From: Bigelowiella natans CCMP2755
Lineage: Eukaryota > Protista > Cercozoa
Direction of reading: 5' to 3'
NCBI GenBank assembly: GCA_000320545.1
Contig: ADNK01002827.1
Span: 20,659 to 84,658, forward strand
Length of the DNA stretch: 64,000 nucleotides
Below are positions 40,290 to 52,442 of the stretch, piece after piece; the stretch's first letter is position 1, and each line of letters begins with the position of its first letter. The notes under the pieces were generated by a model. That model ran no database searches. It was not told where the DNA came from and saw nothing but the letters and a program-made list of their open reading frames with translations. Position numbers and translations under genes: made by a program.

Positions 40290-43179
40290 TCCATGGTGCG
40301 ATACAAAGCGGTATCCTCGAAAAGGTTGCTGCATTATTCCTACTCTTTTTTCTCTTTAAATTGACGACTTTGATATTGCTATATTATCGGTCGCGAAAGC
40401 AGCAGCGTTGCGTACTAATTTGGTTGGTTGCACGAATAATACATCTCATACATGAATAATTAAAAAAAAATAGGTATTAACTTTTCTCCCAACTAAGAGC
40501 GTGGCACAAATCGCCTTGGTACTATCAATAATAGTCTTAGTAGTAGCGGTGTAGTACTTTAGTTGGGTGCCTTCTCGAACGCGTAGCGGTGCAGTATCAT
40601 TATTTGAGTGCCTTCTCGTTCAACATAATAAGGTATCCCAGAGCTGGAAAGCCTCCGCCATTTCCGATCGTGTATGGAAGCCCATTTGCGAACGAAGGTA
40701 TGAGTAATGTACGTATACAGGGCAAACTTGTCCAACTTTAAACAACAGTGGGGCCTGTTATTGATTTGCACGAATACATACATTTAGAGTGTTGTGTAAC
40801 GAAGTAAATAGCATTGATGGTTTACCGCGACGAGATATGTAGAGGATGACATTGTACTTTTTCATATTTTTCCGTCGGTGTTTCTCTAGTTGTAATGAAT
40901 TATATTTGTTTTTATCCTAGTACAAATTGTTGATTTTCTTGTGTTCTGAGTTGTTTGTTTCTATCGTCTTGCCCAATTCTCGCTCCCCCCCCCCAACTGT
41001 TAGATGGAAGGGCAGATGGCGTCCATGCTCAAACTCGTCAGTACATGAAAGCCACCGTGCTAGCAGCAGCAACAACTTTACTTGGAAACTGTACGTATGA
41101 ATTTAACGAATTTGTTAGTATTAATAGACGCAATTCACTCGATCTTTCCCGTGATTTTGTCGGAGGATAGTGCTGCACAATATCTTCGTGCTTGATTCTT
41201 ACCTTTGTACTCCAGTGTAATCGACATCATGTTTTTGCATTTCCATCGTTGTGTCTGGCTTTTCTTTGAAACCATACAATTGCGAATCTCTTGACGAATC
41301 TGTGAACTGCTGCTGCTGTGGCATCATTATCGACGACGTTGATTTAGGCGGTACATTCAAGAAGAGAAGGATGCTATCAGGACAAAAATATTAGAGGCAA
41401 CATCTGACTCCATCATCCTTCCCCCTCTCGCCCTTGTCTATCTCCTTTTGCCATAGTGTTATTCGATAGTGACGATTGTTGGTATGAAAGAAGTAACTTC
41501 GAACGGTAGCAAATGAATTATCAGGAGGAACTTTGCACGTTCTGGTGGAGATTCAAGTTTCAGCAATCTCCAACTACAGCGTATGTTTATTAAACAAACT
41601 CATACATCGTTTTTTTTCGCATAAGGGAAGCTGAGAGTGTCTCCTGTTACTTAACCCCCCCTACTCACACATTGTTGTCTCTAAACTATACTATCAAGGT
41701 TATTTTCCATGGAGTAATCATCAATCATCCTTTATGACCATTGCCATGACTATTTTTCATTCTATGCTTCTTCACCAGAGTCCAATACGTCAAGTTTGTT
41801 CGAAAACACAACCATGGGTATTGTCGATAGTGTAGGATATAGAATTCATGGGATAATCAGAATATCGAATGAATAAGCGACCAATATTCATGTCAACGAG
41901 TCTAAAATTTTCAAATTACAACAGCAGATTAAAAGTAGTGGTGGCGGTAGTAGTTTCGTGTTGATACTGAGAATCTATTAGAAATAATGATGATGGTGAT
42001 GATGACGATAACATGTCGAGCTCCTCAAACCTTCTTTCCCCACGTATCCCTCCCCTCTATATAATTGAATGAATGCTCATTATTTTGTGTAAAGCTTTCT
42101 GATTATGGAATCTGGGTATCCTCCTATGCGGTATAGGTAATCTCCTCTTTTTAATTATGATGATGATATTGGGAACGATGATGATGATGAGGATGGTCAT
42201 GGCACAAAAAGAGCTTCGGTCTAGTCGCACAAAGGATGATGAGAAGAAGAAAAAGAAGAAGACGAAGAAGAAGAGAGGAATACTACAATAGTACAATTTT
42301 TAATATTGTCCTGCCTGTTGCTTTGAATGAGCTTGCTCTAAGACATAGCACTACGATATTATCTTCTTTGTGAACAACCAAAGCATGGCAATATGCTATT
42401 CATGTAGTTGTTCGTTCTCCTTTATATATTTTTTACTGTGTGTGTGTGGTTGGAATGGATATTAAGGATGCATCTTTGTTTTTCCTTCTCTACCTCTTCA
42501 ACATCATTAACATCGTCATCTCCTACTACTACCATATTCTTTATAAAACTCGTTGTTGCTTCCAATATACTATCCAATCGCCCATCTCCACCACACGATC
42601 AGAGTCGGCGAGGATACGAGTGGAGAAAACGTAACCAAATTTCTCAACGTTTGTGTGTGTGTGTGTGCGTGCGCGCGCGCGCGTTTGTGTGTATGTCGAG
42701 AGGGTCAGTTTTGCTTCACTTCGAAGATGATACAAAAATACACACGTAACTACGTTTTTATTGACAGGTTGTATATATTGAGCTATTCCCGCCGCATGTT
42801 ATCAGCAGGACTGAAGGTGGCGACTTATTTTGTCTATCAACATATGCATAGAAGTATGGTGATCTATTTGAAAACTTTATTGTATTTTGGGGTTAGACAT
42901 TACGGTTTACCTAAATAAAGCTCACTATTTTTCGTTGTCGTTTTATCTTCAGATTGGCGCTGGACTATAAAGAACATGTAGTTTTTTTAAGTTATCTGTA
43001 AAGACTACGCATTTTAAGATGTTTGCATCATGTATCTAAAAAATTCTTTTTTTTCTTCCATTTCTACCAGGTTCGTTTCAATGCAAAGTATAGATGTGGA
43101 TGAGATACCTGAAGACCGTCGCGAAAATGTAATGACATCTTATTCACAGGCTATCAGATCCTTGGCGTTAAGAGGATAA
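40290..43179 (+). CDS. Hypothetical multi-exon protein
   Basis: Series of small AG/GT-bounded plus-strand exons ending in FVSMQSIDVDEIPEDRRENVMTSYSQAIRSLALRG* (TAA at 43177-43179). Start not determined. Confidence 0.35.
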
Positions 43180-43559
43180 ATACTACAAGAAAATGAAATA
43201 ATACTTATGTAGACAAAATATACTCGTAGTTAGAATAGTATGAAATTGCTCATCCCTAGCCGGGCTCCAGAGCTGTGTATGTGCAACACATGAAGCAGGA
43301 TATCTACAGTGCTTCGATGCAATGACGCCACCCACAGTGTGACGACACTGCGCATCATGATAAACGATAGCTCACATGTGCATAGTTGCAGCATACAATG
43401 CATGAATCTGCACACGCGTGAATGCAAAGGCACTACTCCACGATGCGCTCGATCTTCATGCCGCCGGAATGACCACACTGAGCACATCGCTAGATCGTAC
43501 CGAGCATTTCTAGATTCGTTGCGGTGATGCGACATGCATCACAGGGAATGAGGAGCAGC

Positions 43560-44160
43560 ATTTCATTTTTGATGTCAGCACTCTTCTGCTAAGAACAAGC
43601 TGCAAAGATAAAGGTAGAACCCCAGAAGTGAGTGTGCCATGCATGCCAGCATGACGATGAAAGTGTTGGGCGGTCTAGCGGCCGATGCATCCAGTGTGTG
43701 CTTTTCCGGCTGCCATCTAGATGTCTCTTCAACTTTCCTCAACTCTGCTCCATTACAGCATTGTCTCGCGTTCACTCTGGAGCACGCGTCGTCCTCGTCA
43801 GCGACACCTGCCAGTACCAGAGTGAAAGCAATCGCCACAATTGTGCTTCGTGTTGACCAGTTGACAAGCTGTGGGAAAGGCTGAAGTCAGCTAGTCAAGC
43901 TCGTTGTGTGGCACCACAGTGAGGACATCTTGTCTGCAGCTGTTTGCCACAGTCCACGAATGTCGGTGCAAAACACACCAGATGCGCAACATCGTTGCAA
44001 CTTGCGTCGGCCATGTTCACAGCTAGACTGGTTGACTTGAAAACCCTCTTGTTCCGTGCATCTCCATCTTCTCATTTTTCTTGGTGTTGCGTTTGTTCCA
44101 CTTCTTTTCCATGATGGCACCGATCGAGATTCAGGCATTCCATTTGCCGGAATCCCTTGC
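43560..44160. other. TpA-depleted, CTAG-retaining intergenic block
   Basis: Hand count for 43621-44160: 2 TA outside CTAG and 4 CTAG. Confidence 0.8.
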
Positions 44161-45502
44161 TTTTTTGAACTTCGGGTTACCCCTTCTCCAAGAGCCACCG
44201 CAGGAAGCAGCATCCTGCAACCATCTTTGGGATCAAGGTTGCGACAACTGAAATCGTTCGTCTTCGAGGGTGCGACAATTAAGAATCCAAGTCGCAGTTC
44301 ACTATTGGCGGTGACCCTTATCGTTACCGACCTCCTCCTCAACACTCGATGTTCGAACGAATCTCGTAACTGGTAAAGCAGATAGATCCACAACGATGAT
44401 GTCGATGATGATGATGATAATAACTAGGCTCATTCATTATCCATGTCTTTACCTCCAGTCAATTAATCGATTTGCAACAGGTGGGGGGGGAAAGAACTGT
44501 TCTGGCTTCTCTGCTTCTATTCAATTGCTTCGTTCGAGTAGCTGGCTAAGGATGCAGTGCAAAGGTCTACGGAACTTCTTTCTCCTTGATGGGAAACTGG
44601 AGCATTCGTCATTTGTGGTAAGTTTCTAATTCTCGTAGGAGTACCACAGCAGCGGCATCCCTGTTACTCACACTTCATAACACTCTTTTGCTGCATCATG
44701 AACATAGGGGACACTTTTGGCGATCCTAGTCATCTTGGTCGGAAACATGTATTTGAATTTGAAGGTACCTCCCCTCTTGCACCTATCACGACACTAACAT
44801 TAATATAAATGTATAAAAATACATACATATATTATATATATATATATATATATATACTATACATTCATATATGTGTGCATATTGAGCTTATCGTTCGATG
44901 CTGCTTGTATTTGAATGCTCAGAAACTTGAGTACGCAGCCGCAAATCCTGTTACGTCGGTGGAGATAGAACGCATACGAAATTATCCTGAGCTCAGGTTG
45001 TCTCACATTTGAATGTTAGTCACCACTCGCCAGTCAAAAACGTTAATCTTCGCCAATGACAGCGTATACATGTGCTTTCGACGCGTGGATCAATTCTTCA
45101 ATTTATGCCCCCCTCCAGATCTACCATTTTTTGGTATGCTTCCAAAAGAAACTTTTTTTAAATTGTTTGAATTTGATTTGCCGAAACACCAAATCATCAT
45201 TCTTTGGACAGCAAATTTATTGCTGATGCCAGCCAGGGTTATCAGTACAAAGCACAATATTCTTTGTACCGGATATTGTTATCTTGTTGCTATTCCTCCT
45301 CTCGTAATTCGAATATTTATGTTTGCTATTTTTCGTCTTCAGGAAGAAACGGCACTTCTATAGGAGCTGCTCGTGGTCTTCTTCACGCTAAGTCAGCTGG
45401 TCAAGGCCATGTCGAATAAGGCTGCTTGGGGGGGGGAGGATGATGATCAAGAAAACTTTTAGATCAACTGCTATTGTTTTCCTTTCTTAGACTCTGCATA
45501 AT

Positions 45503-45541
<39 letters not shown>

Positions 45542-46533
45542 CTACATCAACAAATATTGATATTCTTTTGTTGTCCGTTCCAAATTGTGTGATTCTAATT
45601 CATGGAAGGTCGCTTCATGAACTTTTACCATCCTGTGGACGAGATTTCTGTACGCAAATATATATTTCAATTATATCTTCGAAATATAAAACGTGTTTTC
45701 ATCGTAATTTAGGAGGCTCAGATGCAATTGTTCTCTCCCCATATCAGAGCGCTGATATCAAAGTAGTCTTAGTAGAGCTTATCTTAGTGTTTGAAAGCAA
45801 GAAGGGGAGATATAAAGTGAGAAAGAGTAAGCATGTTCCATATTCCCTCCTCTTCATTTATCAAGTTCCTTTTTCGTTCTTGATTTTTCCAGGTGTTACA
45901 TGCTGAATCCTTTCAGCGAATATCCTCAAATGTCTCAGCACCAGGTCGTTGTAATTCGGGATGTATGCTTTCCCATGCTCGGCTATTGCCAATTTTGTGT
46001 GAGCATTTATCGATCTATGTTGCTCGCTTTGCTGCTGGTACTGATGTTTGCGAACAAAGGTGGATAAGGGGTTGGAGTTTCTTACATTCCACTTCGGATG
46101 GAAGGCCTCAAGCAGAATACGTAACAAATTAGTACTAAAAATTTCGATTCTTTCTGTACGATAAGCTTTTTACTATATGGGCGCATTCGTCGGTTGTCTC
46201 TATTGTAGTGCTAAGTAGTTATTATTGCCTCCTATTCGCTCTCCGTCGTAGTAACTGACACTGTTTTGTTCTTGGGCAGTAGTAGATATTGCGTTGGTAT
46301 GATACTTATTGACAATCGTACTCATCTACAGTCATGAGAGATATCTAACACAAACTGTTTAGAATATTAGTCTTCGTCCTATTTTGAAAACATCACACTT
46401 CCTCTTTTTCTCCTAAATCACGACTCGTTATCCTTATTGTTTTGCTGCTGTTGATTACCACCTTACTTAGCGCGGGGTTCCAAATGTGCTGTGACATATC
46501 TCCTATCCTATGCAGGGACAGACGTATGCACGC

Positions 46534-46581
<48 letters not shown>

Positions 46582-46875
46582 ATTGAAGAGGAGGAAAAGC
46601 ATAACGACACGAAGAAAAGAATCTTGCGGTTATAAAAATATCGTTCTATATTTACGTGATGATTTCTCTAATACTTTCCACTTTCTCTCCCTCTCAATAT
46701 GATAAAAAGGCTTTAAAAGCAGAAGCCGAATTTTTTGAGGAGGGACACCTTATGGGTCTTATTACCGATAATCATCATCAAGAACAATAACAACGAATAG
46801 CCGTACTGCCATAATCGTATTCGTTTTGACAATTTTTCCGGCTAGATTTATCCTATTCGAATCCAAATGGACAAT

Positions 46876-46922
<47 letters not shown>

Positions 46923-47178
46923 AGAGAGATAGAGAAGGGAATGGGGAAGGGGGGGAGAATGAGCTAGGTTCCACTTCTCTTTCCATTTGGTAACAACACC
47001 ATTGTGTATATACATGCATGCATATCCATGCACAGGGGACCCAATAAGCTTGTGGAATGCAGCGTATGAGGTAGAAAACTATATGCTCAGCTGATGTTTA
47101 TTTTGTATTTTTCTTTTCTCTCTGAAATTAGTGTTTGATACCATCACTTATTTACCTGCTGCTGCCACCACCACCACC

Positions 47179-47212
<34 letters not shown>

Positions 47213-48386
47213 TCATCATTCACAAACTTATCCCAATCAAAAAGGCTCGAGTCGAGCTAGAGAAGCTCACAAAATTAGATGGAAGTGTGGCTTATAAGGT
47301 AGGGAACGAGGAGAGGGAATAAATGGTTCATTTGTTGTTGTTATTGTTCTCTATTGTGGCAGTAGCTGCAGTAAAAATGTTGTTATGAAGCGACGGGAAC
47401 CTGTAATACTAAAGACAATTGTACGTCGTTGATATGTTCGCACAGCCATTGATAAATCTTGCACCCGTAAATGATCTACAAACGCAAGACACAAACAACT
47501 CTGACGGCACTATCACACAGGTGGCTTTCACATAAAATGAAGCGATACGACGTGTTTTAAAGACAAGTGTTCTCTCCATTATGAAACCTTCACCTCTCCC
47601 TCCTTCTCATGCCCTTCCCCTCCTTCTCTTCCTCATAAACGCTAATGAACTTGCAAGCTTTCCGTAACAACCTATCACAACTTTTTCGTATCATCCCAGC
47701 AACCATTATCGAATTGTAATCATGTAGCATTTGTCTGTTGTCCATGCCAACTGCCTTTTGCATTGCTGATGGTTGTATAGGGATGGAAAGCTGACATATT
47801 AGGAGAGATTTCATTCGTAAATCCAGTCGGTTTTGAATGGAATATCAAGGTAGTAGCAAGTTACGGAAGTTACGGAGAACAACCTATCCAATCACCACGC
47901 TAAGCAGCGCAAACAAGCAGATGAAGCACATGGGCATGGAAATGACGATAAGAGAACATAAATAATACCAAAGTCGGTCTGAAGTGCTGCATATTTCAGC
48001 TGCTGCTGCTGCTGATGATGATGATATGAAAAATGATAAATACTGAATAGGCATTCAAGGAGCAACAGGCGTTTACATATCTGGACTTGCTCACAAGTTT
48101 CTTCTCATTCATATCAGTATGGATTTTGATCGCTTGTCTGTTTTATACCATTCGTTCTTTCGGGTGGTGAGTGATAATAGAGTGTTTCTTCAAGTATAGC
48201 CAATATTTCTGTGAGATCCTCTTTTCAAAGGAGTGTTCCCCTATCGTCGTTACAACAGCATCGACGACCTATTAATCACGAAGTTCGTTGTGTTGATGTA
48301 CATGTATATACCTACTGTTGCTATAACAGGTCGTGATGCTTCTATTTGAGATGGGATTCACATTTGATCCGTACATATTCGCACAC

Positions 48387-48421
<35 letters not shown>

Positions 48422-48688
48422 TATTAGAGGAGAACATACCGTATTTAGATTCACAGCGAGGGAATCGTTTGACATTGCAAATTTATTGAATTATTCGTGC
48501 CATTACAGACAAGAAGAACATGTTGTGTGTTGGTGGGTGCAAAATGTTACAGAAACAATGTAAACTCACGATTTGCCGATCATACATCCATAGAGGAACT
48601 ATCCAAGCGACTATGCGTACCAAATATGCATACGTCGTGTGTGTGTTCTGTACACGCAAAAAACAATAACTGGAGGCATGTATGGACA

Positions 48689-48725
<37 letters not shown>

Positions 48726-49650
48726 CATGCGGTTTTGCTCTGGGATTTGTATGAAGGTATACTGGGAAGATCTATTTTCGCTTTGGAGAGCGATGTAAAG
48801 AACTCGAGAATAGCATGAAGAGGTTACCCCTGTTGATCAAAACGAACACAAATAGAAACGACGAAGTTTCTTTCACACACAACCATCGCTATATGGTATT
48901 TGTACATCACTGCAGATGCAAACTACTTGCGGGTTATCTTCTATTTTCTCTCGATTTATTGCTTCACTACCACGGCATGACTCTTGCAAGTGGTGGATAT
49001 GCAGAATGTCATGTGATAAATCATCACCTCTTTTGGCAAACAAATAATAAGAGTCCAACACAATCTTGTAGAGTACACCCTATGCTAAAGAAAGAATGGA
49101 TCGGAAGAAGAAAAAGGAAAAAAAATGCCGACCCAATATCTCTAGAGAAGGAGGTAATAATATCCTAGATAAGCGCAATTAGCTTGTTTCATTTGGATTT
49201 AAATTTACCAACAAATAAGCAAGGGCTCAATGTGGAAGAATGAAAAATAGTCCAGAATTAGTTTTTAGAAAAATTGAGACTGAAAGGGTTAGATCGTTCT
49301 CATATTTCTTCCACTATGAGGAGGATTCCTTGCCGTTTTGAAATATTTTCCCAGCAGCTAGGTATATCAGCAGATGAAAGCTATTTATGGTTTTGCTGTC
49401 CTGCTTATATCTCCGGCACTGTCGACTTCAGTACTTGAAGAGCGTGCTCTGTTATTTATATGACAATGTTGTGCTACGATTTATCTCTTAACAGAACCCA
49501 ACATCGTCCGCCACATCTGCCATAGGAGAGCAGTCAATCCGCCAAGGCTATTTGCTTGATAGCGATTGCAAGCAGCAGCAGCTACAGCAGCAGCATCCAG
49601 TAGATGATACAGAACAGCAGAATATCGGCAATGTGAGTAGTACTAGTTAG
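44110..49650 (+). CDS. Hypothetical multi-exon membrane protein (N-terminal TM, long loop, C-terminal TM)
   Basis: Exons GTLLAILVILVGNMYLNLK|KLEYAAANPVTSVEIERIRNYPELS|VYMCFRRVDQFFNLCPPP ... KARVELEKLTKLDGSVAYK ... ANYLRVIFYFLSIYCFTT and a Q-rich last exon. Boundaries approximate. Confidence 0.4.
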
Positions 49651-49782
49651 TAGTAGTAGTAGTAGTAGTAGTAGTAGCAGCAGTAGCAGTGGTAGAATGG
49701 TGTAGTAGAGGAAGGAGCAAATTGATGATCAGAAGCTTCGGTTTAAGTGCCTTTCAATATTGTATACGCTCGAGGCTATAAT

Positions 49783-49824
<42 letters not shown>

Positions 49825-49830
49825 GTACAA

Positions 49831-49871
<41 letters not shown>

Positions 49872-51125
49872 CGCGCGCCTGAGTTTGTATTTGAGTGCTG
49901 ACTATGTTGGAAAAGGAAACAAAATTGTGGCAGATGTCTATTCAGGAACTTCGCCCGATCATTAAAGTATCTAAATTGCTGCTTGCTCATTTCGTATTTA
50001 TTTTCTCTTTATTCGCTGAATTTGTGCTTACAATACTAGTAGCGTGTAATCCCCACCCACCCCTCCATTTTGGAAAGCACATGATGATATGTGTAGTTCC
50101 TACTAGGCTCAGTAATATTTTTCTCTTTTTAATCCAGAGCGGTACTGGAGTTCTAAAGTTATAACGATTTCGCCCACGAGTTACTAGTACTACTACCGAA
50201 TAGTTGGAGGTTGTTCCACATCCACCGTGATTGCTTCTTTGCCATCATTCAATGATGAATGTGCTAGCAATGGATTACAATTACGTTGCAGGGTGATGAG
50301 GGATTTCTGGGAGAAAACAATGAATGTATGCGTTCCGAGCTGCATGTGCAGCTTGATCATAGATACGGACCGAATTTTGTTAGAAAGCGTTTTCCCACAG
50401 CACTACACTTCAGCACTGTAGAGATATGTCAACGAGACTAGGTACATTATCAAGGTGTGCGATCTTGTCATTTGCGATCATTGGAAAATCCTGTTGTCAT
50501 CATGACCGTTGCATGCCATTGCTTACCCTTCATTACTATGGAAACAGTGCGCAGGCTAGTATTAGTGTGCGGCGTCGTTGAAACTGAATCAATATTTCAA
50601 ATGGCATGATCTGTGTGAGTCATGAAGAATGCTGTTGTGTGATGCGCTGCTGAGGAGTGAGCAGTCAGCTGGTTGCAAATGCAATTTAACTACTTTCGCA
50701 TGCAAGCAGCGTCTAAATGCTTCAATTTTGTTTTGCTGGCACGAATTCACGTGTAGCAACGTGTAATGGCTGTTGAGATGCATTCATAGTGTCACAGGAT
50801 TTTCGTCGGTTGCCTCTTCATCACATACTAATAACATTGGTCATAGTTCAATCACCACGACATTGCATTTTTGCATCACAAAATCATGGGGGCATGTCGG
50901 CGTTATATTCTCCTGTGCAACTCGCGCCACATGGATGTAGAAAATCGTTGTTGTGGAAGAAATAATAGGCGATTATGATGAAAAGCTCATGTATGGATGT
51001 ATATCAATCGGCCAAGGAATACAGATGGAGGGGTTCTAGCCCCATTTCTCATCGTTATCATCATCGTCATCATCGTCGTCATCACCATTGCTTCATCGTT
51101 CTCCAACTATATATTTCAATTTAAA

Positions 51126-52077
51126 CTATGCATATTTAGGTGGATCCTGCGTCAATTTAGGCGGGGTGTTCTTCGTATTAGACTCGGTAGCATCACATTT
51201 CTGCCTCCAGATGACTCCACCCTCCACATCATTAACAATCATAGTCCCAGCCTTGTTGGCAAGGATATCCCTAGCATCTTTCAAGTCGCCTATGGCTGCC
51301 CATGCTGTCTTCTTTCTTCCCTTCTCGAGACTTTCTTGGACAAACCGAATCGCTGCTTCTATCTTAGGCCCCATTGACCCAGGAAAGTTCTTTCCAGCCT
51401 TTATGCCAAGAAGATACTCTGGGGTGACAACCTCCATCTCCTTCGCCTCTGGCTTGCCATAGTCCTGAAAGATTCCGCCCCCGTCTGTGAGAATGATGTA
51501 ACCGTCTGCGTCTAAATCAACGGCTAGTTTAGCTCCACAAGCATCTTTGTCGATGACACATTCCACACCCTGCAGCCCATCTAGTTCTTCACCTTTCACC
51601 CTCGCAACAGGCACTCCACCTCCACCACAGGCTATTGGCACTACATCTGATTCACGACTATGTTCCAGAAGAGTTTTCACCGCATCCACCTGAAGAATGT
51701 CAACAGGGGGTGGACTGGGGACTACCCTACGGAAGTATTCGCCGTCAGCTTTGACAGACCAACCCAATGATTCTGCAAGAGCCTGGGCCTCCTTTGCACC
51801 GTACACAGGACCAACAAACTTCGTTGGGTTTTTGAAGGCTTCGTGTGCTGGATCTACGACTACTTGCGTGACAATGGGTACAGCCTTACAGCCAGCTGAA
51901 GACAGTGCTTGGGCTAATATGTAACCAATTTGACCAACGGATTCTGCCCCGAGGACGTCGAAAGTGGCGGCGGAACGCTCCAACGCCAGCTCACCAACCT
52001 GTGGTCCATTTCCATGGGTCAAAACAATTTCGTGCCGAGATGCGAGATCAGCGATGGCTGGGGCCATATCACTTGCA
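51126..52077 (-). CDS. arcC: Carbamate kinase, C-terminal part (gene interrupted by the LTR retrotransposon)
   Basis: IVLTHGNGPQVG, GAESVGQIGY, VTQVVVD...AFKNPTKFVGPVY, RRVVPSPPP, ACGGGGVPV, GVECVIDKD, FPGSMGPKIEAAIRF are carbamate kinase signatures. No introns. Confidence 0.95.
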
Positions 52078-52403
52078 TGTAGCGCGTACCACTACGCGGG
52101 CACAAGTCACGTGCGACAACAAAGGGGTTGTCGCGGATATAGAATATAGATAACGTAGATATTAATACAGCATAGGCACGTGGGTTCCGGCGGGACTCAT
52201 GGCAGCACACCGGAAGTGTGCTGCCCCACGTGCGGCGGCATTCGCGAAAGCTTCGCGAATGATTACGCAGTGCACGATTTAATAAAAATATAATCTTTAA
52301 TAAAAATAAACACAACTCTTCAAAAGGAAGCAAACGTGCCTTTCCCCCCCCCTGCCTACTTGTGCACGTAGCGCCTCGGCCTGTGAACACCTTACGCGCA
52401 ACA
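52078..52403 (+). repeat. 5' LTR
   Basis: TGTAGCGCGTA...TACGCGCAACA terminal inverted repeat (10/11 match). Contains a TATA-like tract and a doubled AATAAA. Confidence 0.97.
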
Positions 52404-52408
52404 ACCTT

Positions 52409-52426
52409 TGGCTTCCACACACGGGA
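52409..52426 (+). promoter_or_regulatory. Putative primer-binding site
   Basis: TGGCTTCCACACACGGGA lies 5 nt after the 5' LTR. Its complement UCCCGUGUGUGGAAGCCA looks like a tRNA 3' end (Glu/Asp-like; identity unverified). Confidence 0.6.
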
Positions 52427-52442
52427 AACGATTTGACTAACA

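Noticed and set aside
52170-52270. Hammerhead or HDV-like ribozyme (retrozyme) in the LTR
   Set aside because: No CUGAUGA/GAAA core on either strand, and the HDV P1 and J4/2 elements could not be fitted.
52019-52420. 133/144-aa antisense ORFs in both LTRs
   Set aside because: Same LTR sequence read twice; no ATG-led conserved product recognisable.
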